Made by a program: the position numbers and the translations under genes. A stretch of 20,000 bases of DNA from an uncultured virus (IMG/VR IMGVR_UViG_3300031957_001236) (taxonomy: Duplodnaviria > Heunggongvirae > Uroviricota > Caudoviricetes). Below the pieces are notes generated by a model. It was not told where the DNA came from. It saw only the letters and a list, made by a program, of their open reading frames with translations, and made no database searches. The stretch is from the IMG/VR virus record IMGVR_UViG_3300031957_001236; one strand, 5' to 3'. Positions 8,712 through 16,354 of the stretch are shown here, in pieces (within the stretch, counting starts at the first letter, position 1; each line of letters starts with the position of its first letter).

Positions 8712-11077
8712 TATTTAAGATCCCTTGAGAATACATTTGAGGTGGTAGAGTCTTTTATAATCGTGAACTCTGAGTACGCATCAGACTCTCCTATAACATG
8801 CTTAAACCCTACAAATCTCCAGAATCCGCTGTAAATGCTGTTAACCCTATCGTCATCTGCTACCATCTCTACACCATGGCGATTCTTTAGAAATAAACAA
8901 AAATCATTTATCAAATCTATTTCTGATAAATTATAGTATGGCAAAGTTCTAATAGAAGCTTTGTAAGGTTTTGAAAAAAGCTCATAGAAGTTGTCCATAT
9001 AACTTGCTAAAGTTACAGAGGGCGCGGATTCAGAGACATAAGTTAATCCTATGAAAGCGGGGTCAGTTAAGTGATAAAATAACTCTTCTGATAATTTATC
9101 CTCGTCGGTCATTTGAACTCCTAACTTATTTGCTATCTGAGATATTCTTGCCTTGTCTTTAAATAAATCAGAAACATACTTCTTTATGTCTTCCTGTTTC
9201 AACTGCTCTTCATTAGTATCAGAAGCATCTAATAAGAAGTAAACTAATTGTCTTATGGTGCTGCTATAAGTGCTTAGTAAGATACCTTGATTCTGAGTAA
9301 CGAATGAAAGCACATTTGGGTTATCAGTATTAGCTCTAAATACTGGGATTCCTAGCTCTGTTAACTGCTGTGCTTCTTTTGATGTTATATGGAAATCATC
9401 TGGTATTCTAGAGTTTCCTTTATCTCTAAAATCAAAGAAGGCCATTGCTTTTTTCTTTCTCTCTATGATCCTTCTCATTTCGGTGTAATACCCTTCCGAA
9501 GCTTGAGCATGTACATAGGTCAGGTCGCACCCAGGTCCTCCAAGTTTTACATCTATACTTCCTTTGTCTAGCTTGGCATAAATTATAGCTTGTATTAAGT
9601 AATCATCACCAATGATTAATACAGGAGATGTAGGGTCTGGTACTAGCTTTGGAAAATACTTATTAAGAACTGCTATCTTATCTGCGTTGTTCTCCACTGT
9701 AAGTCTATTGACAAACCCCGTCCCAGTAATGGTTTTAATATTCTTAAGAAGATCCATTACAGGAGCAAATTTATCATTTACTGTCTGCTCTTTAACATTG
9801 TTAGAAAGTTTTAGAGCGTATCTTTTTCTAATCTGAGTAGTATCGAACCCTTCTTGACCCTCTATTTGAGGCATTTCCTCTGACGATTCTACTGACTCTT
9901 TAATTAAAGACCTCGGTTCCCTAAGATCTCCTATTTCAAGTCCTAATGTAGTGAATATTCGTTTTAATTTAGACTCTAGAACGGCGTCTTTCTCTGTAAA
10001 TAGTGTTTCCCTTGTTTTACTAGCCGCATTCAAGGCTGTTTGAATAGCTTCGTCACTAACATCCTGGTCTAAGGAATTTACTATAAATAGAACATTAGCG
10101 TATCCTAGCCTTTTTAAATACTTTCTAATTAGGTTGTATAACGGTTTTTCAATAGGATCCTCTTGATATGCGAACTCAAATTTTAAGTTAACATTAGCTG
10201 TCCTACTTTTATTAATTCTATTTGATCGGGAACCTGCTACACTTGTACCTCCTCCAAAAGGGGTTCCAAATCCTAAATATTGACTAGCATAGTTTCCAAA
10301 ATCCTGAAGATCAGAATAGGTCGTAGGGAATTGGCTTATAATTGGCTGATCATTAATCTTTCTGGCTGAAGCGTAGCTTTGTACTGATTCAGTAACCGTA
10401 GCAAACCCTAAAGGTTCTTCAACAGAAAATAATTCGTAGTCTTCAGTATTAGAAGTTGTCTTAACCTCGTAATCTCCAACAATATCCGTTCCTACGAACT
10501 GAAGTTCTATCTTATTAGCAGAGTCTAAACCTTCGGAATAAAAAGCGTTACTTATATTTACAATGAAAGGACCAGCCCAGTTCCTACTTTCAGTTCCTAA
10601 CCCGTAAGCTAGGTAAAGCTTTGTAGTAGAATATTTTGATACTATATCATCGCGCTCTTCTCTAGTAAAATCTTTCTTTTTACTAGGCTGCACCGTAAGA
10701 AGATCTTGTGTATTTACAGTCGGTGTTTCGTATCCTAGATTATTCTTTCTTGTGTATATTTCTTTTAGCGCATCCTCAAAAGTATAAGCGAACATTGTTT
10801 GTAGGAATTCACCTAAAGGATCTAAAAGTGTAAGAGAGAACATGCCTCCGTTTGATCCTGAATTTATCTGGTGTAAAAAATCCAGAAACACGCCATCTCC
10901 AGGCTTGAATAAATAAATACTTTGCCCTGAATCCTCTGATTTAGTTCCGAAAGAAAAGAAATCGTTTAGAGCATCTCTACTAAAAGACAAAGCGATATTA
11001 GCGGTAGGGACTAGGTTATCATTACCTGACCTTGATCTACCGTATTCGTTTACTAGCGATATCTTCTGGGCGCTCAT
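8711..11077 (-). CDS. Putative baseplate hub protein (gp27/gpD/VgrG N-terminal-like), 788 aa
   Basis: C-terminal YSGFWRFVGFKHVIGESDAYSEFTIIKD resembles the hub-family SG.Y.I..V.H......S...L motif; N-terminal FSLTLLDP and YLAYG; lies between the LysM/gp53 gene and the spike gene. Confidence 0.62.
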   Translation of the reverse strand: MSAQKISLVNEYGRSRSGNDNLVPTANIALSFSRDALNDFFSFGTKSEDSGQSIYLFKPGDGVFLDFLHQINSGSNGGMFSLTLLDPLGEFLQTMFAYTFEDALKEIYTRKNNLGYETPTVNTQDLLTVQPSKKKDFTREERDDIVSKYSTTKLYLAYGLGTESRNWAGPFIVNISNAFYSEGLDSANKIELQFVGTDIVGDYEVKTTSNTEDYELFSVEEPLGFATVTESVQSYASARKINDQPIISQFPTTYSDLQDFGNYASQYLGFGTPFGGGTSVAGSRSNRINKSRTANVNLKFEFAYQEDPIEKPLYNLIRKYLKRLGYANVLFIVNSLDQDVSDEAIQTALNAASKTRETLFTEKDAVLESKLKRIFTTLGLEIGDLREPRSLIKESVESSEEMPQIEGQEGFDTTQIRKRYALKLSNNVKEQTVNDKFAPVMDLLKNIKTITGTGFVNRLTVENNADKIAVLNKYFPKLVPDPTSPVLIIGDDYLIQAIIYAKLDKGSIDVKLGGPGCDLTYVHAQASEGYYTEMRRIIERKKKAMAFFDFRDKGNSRIPDDFHITSKEAQQLTELGIPVFRANTDNPNVLSFVTQNQGILLSTYSSTIRQLVYFLLDASDTNEEQLKQEDIKKYVSDLFKDKARISQIANKLGVQMTDEDKLSEELFYHLTDPAFIGLTYVSESAPSVTLASYMDNFYELFSKPYKASIRTLPYYNLSEIDLINDFCLFLKNRHGVEMVADDDRVNSIYSGFWRFVGFKHVIGESDAYSEFTIIKDSTTSNVFSRDLK

Positions 11078-11373
11078 AGCTTAGGGATTCTTATGAAGTC
11101 TCCTGTGTTGAACTTTTCAAACGGATCGTCTATAGCATTGAAATGTAATATAAACCACCAGAACGCAGGAGTATCGTAGAAAGTGTACGATGTAAGGTCT
11201 GGTCTGTTAGCGTGGTAAATAGGAATCTGACCAATCTCATATTGATAGTTGTTAGGAATCTCAGATATTATATCATCCACCTCTGTAGCTAAGGAAGTAG
11301 TTATACTCTTTCCCTTATGCTTTATCTCCTTAACTCCGTAATCATACCGTGAAGCGTAGTCAGTGGTTTTCAT
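11074..11373 (-). CDS. gp53: Baseplate wedge LysM-like protein (T4 gp53 / P2 gpX family), ~99 aa; start reassigned to 11373
   Basis: RPDLTSYTFYDTPAFWWFILHFNAIDDPF...GDFIRIP is the gp53 signature. ATG 11373 (MKTTDY) forms an ATGA overlap with the upstream stop, so it is preferred over 11418. Confidence 0.85.
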   Translation of the reverse strand: MKTTDYASRYDYGVKEIKHKGKSITTSLATEVDDIISEIPNNYQYEIGQIPIYHANRPDLTSYTFYDTPAFWWFILHFNAIDDPFEKFNTGDFIRIPKL

Positions 11374-12287
11374 CGTGGGTCCATTCCTTGAGAAGGTGAT
11401 CCAAGCATGGACTCCCATCCACGGAGTCTATACTTTGAATTGTCAGAAGGTCTTACCTCTTTCAGGGTCATCGAGACTGAGATAATTCTTGGAAGCAATG
11501 TCTTCTTATCGTACCCTGCGTTGCCATCGTGAACGATGTTATATGATGTAGCTATGCAAGGAATATCTCTGTACATTAGACCGTGGGTTAAGTGAACTAT
11601 AGGAGGACCTTCTGTTGGATTTGAAGCATTGTTTACTACAGAAGATCTAATAAGGCTGGTCCACTCAGCAATCTTTCTAATAGCCTTAATTCTAACCTCA
11701 TCAGAGGCTGGAGTTACATCCACAAGATCATCAAGATTCGATAGACCTGTAAATGAATTAAAGCTCACATCGAAGGCTCTGTTGCTTTGGAACTTTATTA
11801 GCTTCTCACGGTCAGAGAGAAGATCTGCGTACTTAGCCATTTCTTCTTGTACTACACTTGAAGGGATCCCTAACCACTGATCCTGCTCACTTATGGCTGT
11901 AGTGGCGAATGCTTGAGCAGCGCCAAGGAATCTACCGACAGGACCGAAACCTCCTGACCCTTTCAAGTAAGCTTGCTTCATTTGCTCCTGAGTTTTCTGG
12001 GCGCATAGCTGCTCATCGAAATAGTTCCCATGCTCTAGGATGTTAGGGAGTGTCATATTAAAGTTAACTGTTAGCTCCCTAGAAGTAGCTCCTAAGTATG
12101 TGAACAAGGACCCAGACCTTCCAACGGGGTTATACTCTGCAAGTCTTGAGGACTGTCGTTCATCCACGGAAACATTTTCTATGAACCTAAGAGTTCTGAA
12201 GTAAGTGTTCCCCTGGTTTACATATCTAAACTGAAGCTTAGATCTCTCCTCTAGTTTAGGTTCTATTACTTCTTGTGAAATTGCCAT
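11370..12287 (-). CDS. Tail tube initiator / baseplate tube-fold protein (gp48/gp54, P2 gpU, CIS tube-like), 305 aa
   Basis: YNPVGRSGSLFTYLGATSRELTVNFNM and GPPIVHLTHG...CIATSYNI...LPRIISVSMTLKEV are typical of tube-initiator proteins; lies between tape measure and LysM genes. Confidence 0.75.
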   Translation of the reverse strand: MAISQEVIEPKLEERSKLQFRYVNQGNTYFRTLRFIENVSVDERQSSRLAEYNPVGRSGSLFTYLGATSRELTVNFNMTLPNILEHGNYFDEQLCAQKTQEQMKQAYLKGSGGFGPVGRFLGAAQAFATTAISEQDQWLGIPSSVVQEEMAKYADLLSDREKLIKFQSNRAFDVSFNSFTGLSNLDDLVDVTPASDEVRIKAIRKIAEWTSLIRSSVVNNASNPTEGPPIVHLTHGLMYRDIPCIATSYNIVHDGNAGYDKKTLLPRIISVSMTLKEVRPSDNSKYRLRGWESMLGSPSQGMDPR

Positions 12288-12288
12288 A

Positions 12289-13845
12289 TCAACTACCTGC
12301 TAATTCTCCTGTAATCCTTCCAAACCTTTGCTCGCTTCCGTTTCTTCTTTGATCGTCTCTCATCTCTGTAAGTATTCTAGCGATCTCTCTACCTTCAGGA
12401 TTCGATCTACGGTTGATTAACGAAAGTTCTCCTATATTTGCTTCCATGAACTTTCTAGCGAACTCATTAAACCTAGTGTCTAGGCTAGGTCTTCTCATCC
12501 TATCAAGCTCTGCTCTTTTAGCTTCCTCTTCTTGAATTCTTAAAGAATCTTGAGCAGACTCATTTATATTCTCAAGATTAGAGAGGCTCATTTTTTGAAA
12601 GACTTGGAGCCCTGCTATACCACCGACGATACCGACTAATCCTAATGTTAGGGCACTAAATCCAGCAGCGTTAACAATGAAGGTAGCAGTGGCAATACCC
12701 GCTGCAATACCTAAAGCTGTTAAGAGCCCAGCTAAACCTGCTCCAATAACAGCAGCGTTATCCTGTACGAATGCAGCTATTCTGGGAAGATATTCTGTAA
12801 AGATTACTGAATTAGATAAAGCCTCGATAGCAATTGTTAATGTATTTAAGGTAGCAACTGCTATCTGATCTAAAGGACCTGTTATCCTAGCCTTTAGATC
12901 AGATATACTTTTATCAAAGGCGTCCGTTTGTTCTTTGAGTAGTTGCTGTTGAGGGTTTAATTTCTCAGCATTGTACAAAGCTTCTAGAAGCTGAACAAAA
13001 TCTTGCCCGAATACATCATAAATAGCTTTTGCGTTTGCTAGTCCCTGTCCTTGAGTCTGATCAGCTAATGCTCTACCTTGATCAATTAATCTTTGTAGGG
13101 CTACCGATGGATCTACTTGACCTCCTGCAATATCTTGCAGCCCTAAGGCAGCTAGTTTTTCAAAGTTGTTAGGATCGAATACCTTATCAACAAGACTCTG
13201 TACATTACCTAATGCAGACTTAGGTAGTATCTTAGCAGCTTCAAGTAATATTCCTGAGGACTTTTGAAAGGTATCACCACCTAGAACAGCTAAGTTCAGA
13301 TTGTTTGAAAGACTATCTAAAGATCCTACTAGACGATCAATTGAAATACCCTGCTCAATCGAGGTATCCAGAAGACTCTTGTTTAGCTTTGTAAGGTTCT
13401 TCTGAGAAACAATACCATTTCCTATAAGGTTCTCGTTTGTTTTAACAAGAGCCCCCACATCTTGTCCGAGGGTAGAAACCCTGCCCGCTAAATCTAACAA
13501 TGCTTCATTATTAGGATCAAGCCCTGCATCAATTAGCCTTGCTATGTTTTCATTAGCTGCTGCAAATCCTCCATCTAAACTTTGAAGCTGTGCGAAAGTA
13601 AGGTCAGTCGCGTTACTTAGAACCCTATTAGAGCTTATTAGAGACTGCTGTACTGGAATCATCCTTTGTATGGATGATGAAAGCCCAGCCATTGCTTTTG
13701 ACAGAGCTTCAATCTGAAATAAGGTCTCAGTTCTTCTGTTTACCTGATCATCAGAAGCGTTAAGATCTGCTCTTCCATTAGGACCAACTCCTAGAGCGTT
13801 ACTTAGCTGATTAAGGCCATCTACTACATCCTGTAAGTTTGCCAT
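12289..13845 (-). CDS. Putative tape measure protein, ~518 aa; start reassigned to 13845
   Basis: Ala/Leu/Gln-rich helical sequence with a long hydrophobic segment (AAVIGAGLAGLLTALGIAAGIATATFIVNAAGFSALTLGLVGIVGGIAGL); upstream of the tube initiator. GGAGG Shine-Dalgarno precedes ATG 13845 (MANLQDVV). Confidence 0.72.
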   Translation of the reverse strand: MANLQDVVDGLNQLSNALGVGPNGRADLNASDDQVNRRTETLFQIEALSKAMAGLSSSIQRMIPVQQSLISSNRVLSNATDLTFAQLQSLDGGFAAANENIARLIDAGLDPNNEALLDLAGRVSTLGQDVGALVKTNENLIGNGIVSQKNLTKLNKSLLDTSIEQGISIDRLVGSLDSLSNNLNLAVLGGDTFQKSSGILLEAAKILPKSALGNVQSLVDKVFDPNNFEKLAALGLQDIAGGQVDPSVALQRLIDQGRALADQTQGQGLANAKAIYDVFGQDFVQLLEALYNAEKLNPQQQLLKEQTDAFDKSISDLKARITGPLDQIAVATLNTLTIAIEALSNSVIFTEYLPRIAAFVQDNAAVIGAGLAGLLTALGIAAGIATATFIVNAAGFSALTLGLVGIVGGIAGLQVFQKMSLSNLENINESAQDSLRIQEEEAKRAELDRMRRPSLDTRFNEFARKFMEANIGELSLINRRSNPEGREIARILTEMRDDQRRNGSEQRFGRITGELAGS

Positions 13846-13846
13846 A

Positions 13847-14344
13847 TTAATCCTCCAATGGTGTATCGAATTCAATATCAACAGACCTGAAATCTATCTT
13901 GTGGATATCGAATGCTCTGTTCTGAATAAAGGTCCTAAATCTCCTGGGTCCGAATAGAGAAGAGAATAGATTATTTACAACCCCCTTCCCGTAAGTTACA
14001 GACCTATTCTTATATATTGCACCCAGAATAACTTTAAGGGTTTCAGGACTTGATGGCACAATAGAATAGGCTGCTACTAGCCTGTTCTTCGTAGATAAGT
14101 TTATACCATAACCTGATGGCATCCTAGAAGTGCCTGATATGATAGCCAAATGCTCCGTGGTTTTAGCTGCATAGGGTTTTTCTGGATTCCTATACTTGAG
14201 GTACACTAGATCTCCTACCTTTAATGAGGAGTTAGATAGTGTACTTCTACCTACGATCTTAGCCATCTGGACATCATCCTTCTCTCGATCTATACCAGAG
14301 AATAACGCCTCCCTCAGGAATTTGTAGATTTGTTTTGAAATCAT
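13847..14344 (-). CDS. Basic hypothetical protein, weakly resembling T4 gp2 DNA end protector family, ~165 aa; start reassigned to 14344
   Basis: KVGDLVYLKY...GYGINL...FRTFIQNR loosely parallels gp2-family G.MYFF.Y...GLNLHY...KRYL. The 14440 start would overlap the divergent gene and the AT-rich promoter region, so MISKQ (14344) is preferred. Confidence 0.45.
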   Translation of the reverse strand: MISKQIYKFLREALFSGIDREKDDVQMAKIVGRSTLSNSSLKVGDLVYLKYRNPEKPYAAKTTEHLAIISGTSRMPSGYGINLSTKNRLVAAYSIVPSSPETLKVILGAIYKNRSVTYGKGVVNNLFSSLFGPRRFRTFIQNRAFDIHKIDFRSVDIEFDTPLED

Positions 14345-14363
14345 GGGGTCAGGCCCGTATAAT
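14335..14363 (+). promoter_or_regulatory. Sigma70-type promoter for the 96-aa ORF/nuclease/primase cassette
   Basis: TTGAAA (14335-14340), 17-nt spacer, TATAAT (14358-14363), 22 nt upstream of ATG 14386. Confidence 0.7.
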
Positions 14364-14365
14364 AC

Positions 14366-14379
14366 ATATATTAATATAT
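14366..14379. promoter_or_regulatory. Perfect 14-bp AT palindrome (ATATATTAATATAT) in the divergent intergenic region; possible operator or late promoter element
   Basis: Self-complementary sequence just downstream of the plus-strand -10 box; reads CTATATATTAAT on the minus strand upstream of the structural operon. Confidence 0.35.
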
Positions 14380-14385
14380 AGATTA

Positions 14386-14676
14386 ATGAGGAATGCAGAT
14401 ATAGAACTAATAGAGTTGTTAGACTTACTAGATTATACATTTAGTGATGATTTTGTAGAGAAATGGAGATATAGGTTCTCTACTAAGTTCATTAAGAATT
14501 TTCAATATAGAATACTTAAAAGCCTACAGGAAAAGAAACCTGTAAAAGAGAAGTCCCTATACCTTTACCTTACAAAGAAGTGTAAGTATGCTGAAGAACA
14601 GGTTGATGATTTCTTTGAGGCTATTGACATAACGCTCTATTATCCGATGGTGAGACCATGTACTGCGAAACGATAA
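14386..14676 (+). CDS. Hypothetical small helical protein, 96 aa; start reassigned to ATG 14386
   Basis: MRNADIELIELLDLLDY... The TTG start at 14335 in the track coincides with the -35 box and is unlikely. Overlaps the nuclease start. Confidence 0.65.
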   Translation: MRNADIELIELLDLLDYTFSDDFVEKWRYRFSTKFIKNFQYRILKSLQEKKPVKEKSLYLYLTKKCKYAEEQVDDFFEAIDITLYYPMVRPCTAKR

Positions 14677-15434
14677 GTAACTCGAATCGTGAAACTTTCC
14701 GTCAGTGTAGGCTTAAGTATAAATATAACTATGTGAACCGTTACGAAGACACTGACCCAGGGAACACTGGCGCTCTCCACTTTGGATCCTTTATTCATGA
14801 GGTGTTTGAGCATTCCACTAACGCCACCTCCATTGACCAGCTTTGGACTAAGGCTAATGAAATAAAAGATAAGTATAAGTTCCCTGATAAGTATAACAAA
14901 GATATAGAGAAGTGCTTCAAGAACTTCCTTCGGTTCAACGCATCGCTGCCTAAGGAGTCTATTGTCGAGCATCACTTTACCGAGGAGATTGCTGATGGAA
15001 TCAAACATGAGGGATATATTGACAGGATTATCAAAGCACCGACAGGAGATATTCTTGTGGTCGATTATAAGACATCAAGAAGAGAGAAAACCAAGTTCGA
15101 GCTATTCAATGATCCGCAAGGTAAATCTTATGTCTACGCAGCACACAGACTTACGGGAGTGCCTATTACAAAGATTACCTTCGCACACTACTACCCTCTT
15201 AGTAACAATCTGGTCGCAGCTACCTATACAGAGGCTACCATTCGACAGCATATTAAGGCTGTGGTAGATGATGTATGGACCATCCGCAAATGCAAGAGCG
15301 ATGACCTGTATCCCCAGAAGAATGATTTCTGCAACTGGTGTTCTTACAAATCCATCTGTCCACTCTATAATGACCCAGAGGTGGTCAAGGGACGCCTAGA
15401 TGAGTGTAAGACAAGACCGAGACGCAAGAAATGA
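14658..15434 (+). CDS. RecB/AddB/Cas4-like PD-(D/E)XK exonuclease with predicted 4-Cys Fe-S staple, 258 aa
   Basis: Motifs ISNS...QC(17), GSFIHEVFE, GYIDRI, VVDYKTS, QGKSY, and C-terminal C225-x2-C228-x5-C234 (CNWCSYKSICP). Confidence 0.9.
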   Translation: MYCETISNSNRETFRQCRLKYKYNYVNRYEDTDPGNTGALHFGSFIHEVFEHSTNATSIDQLWTKANEIKDKYKFPDKYNKDIEKCFKNFLRFNASLPKESIVEHHFTEEIADGIKHEGYIDRIIKAPTGDILVVDYKTSRREKTKFELFNDPQGKSYVYAAHRLTGVPITKITFAHYYPLSNNLVAATYTEATIRQHIKAVVDDVWTIRKCKSDDLYPQKNDFCNWCSYKSICPLYNDPEVVKGRLDECKTRPRRKK

Positions 15435-16354
15435 TTAGAGAGTGGGTACAGCAGAATATCAAGGAAGGACGCTTACAGAGTGGTGGTCGTGAGTGGGTTT
15501 GTAACTCAGTCATCGACACCTCTGATTACAAGCGTCACATGTCCGTCAACCTTGATACTGGTCTGTGGCAGTGCTTCAAGTCTGGTGAGACTGGCAACTT
15601 CTACCAACTTGTTTCCCTCGTTCGTGGCGTACCCTACCACCGTGGTAAGGAGATCTTCTACAGCTACTGCATTGAGAATGGTAAGCTTCCCGAAGAGTCC
15701 ACCGCCCAGATTATCACACCAACCGTACAAAACTTAACACATGAAGAGTTCCAGCAGATCGAAGAGAACAGCACAGCAGATCGTTATGTCCGTAGTCGGA
15801 ACCTTAACCCTGCTCGCTTCTACTATGCTTCTAGTGGTAGATACGCAGGCCGACTCATTATCCCCTTTGAAGATGAGCACGGACTTTTCTACTTCACAGC
15901 CAGAGCCCTCGGAGATCAAACTCCAAAGTATCTCAACCCCCCAAGTGAGGCAGGTGTCAAGTCCTCCCATGTCCTCCTTCCCTTCGATGCAGACAGCACA
16001 GACCCTCTCTTCATCACAGAAGGTGCTATTGACGCTATCGCCCTCAAGGAATGCGGACTCAATGCTACTTGCACCAATGGTTGCTCCCCTTCCCTCATTC
16101 AACTACGATATCTGCGTGACTATCGAGGTCCAATCGTCGTTGCCTACGACAATGACAGCGCGGGTAGAGAGGGATTAGAAAGGTTTGAGCGTCTACGCAA
16201 GCGTTGCTGTATGCCCACCTTCAACCATGTCTTCCCTCCTGATGGATACAAGGACTGGAATGAGGTGCTAATGGAAGGTGAGGCTATTACAGAAGCCTGC
16301 GCTAAGGAGTACAAGCCCTACGACTGGGCTAACATGGTCCTCAGCGGACTGTGA
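15431..16354 (+). CDS. dnaG: DnaG-type (TOPRIM) DNA primase, 307 aa
   Basis: GRLIIPF, FTARAL, PKYLNP, FITEGAIDAIAL, AYDNDSAG (DxD) and KDWNE motifs; degenerate N-terminal zinc-ribbon region (WQCFKSGETGN). Confidence 0.92.
   Translation: MIREWVQQNIKEGRLQSGGREWVCNSVIDTSDYKRHMSVNLDTGLWQCFKSGETGNFYQLVSLVRGVPYHRGKEIFYSYCIENGKLPEESTAQIITPTVQNLTHEEFQQIEENSTADRYVRSRNLNPARFYYASSGRYAGRLIIPFEDEHGLFYFTARALGDQTPKYLNPPSEAGVKSSHVLLPFDADSTDPLFITEGAIDAIALKECGLNATCTNGCSPSLIQLRYLRDYRGPIVVAYDNDSAGREGLERFERLRKRCCMPTFNHVFPPDGYKDWNEVLMEGEAITEACAKEYKPYDWANMVLSGL

Noticed and set aside
2974..13845. Bacterial eCIS/tailocin/T6SS locus rather than a phage
   Set aside because: Interleaved primase, UvsW-like helicase, RecB-like nuclease and gp26/gp51 homologs, with no host genes, AAA+ ATPase or toxin cargo, point to a phage genome.
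13846..14440. Longest-ORF starts given in the track for the ORFs at 13881, 14440 and 14335 (also 11418)
   Set aside because: They create long overlaps or run through promoter elements. Downstream ATGs with a Shine-Dalgarno, an ATGA overlap or a clean intergenic gap fit better.
14658..15434. CRISPR-Cas adaptation module (Cas4)
   Set aside because: No repeat-spacer array, cas1 or cas2 in the window, and intergenic space is too small to hold an array.
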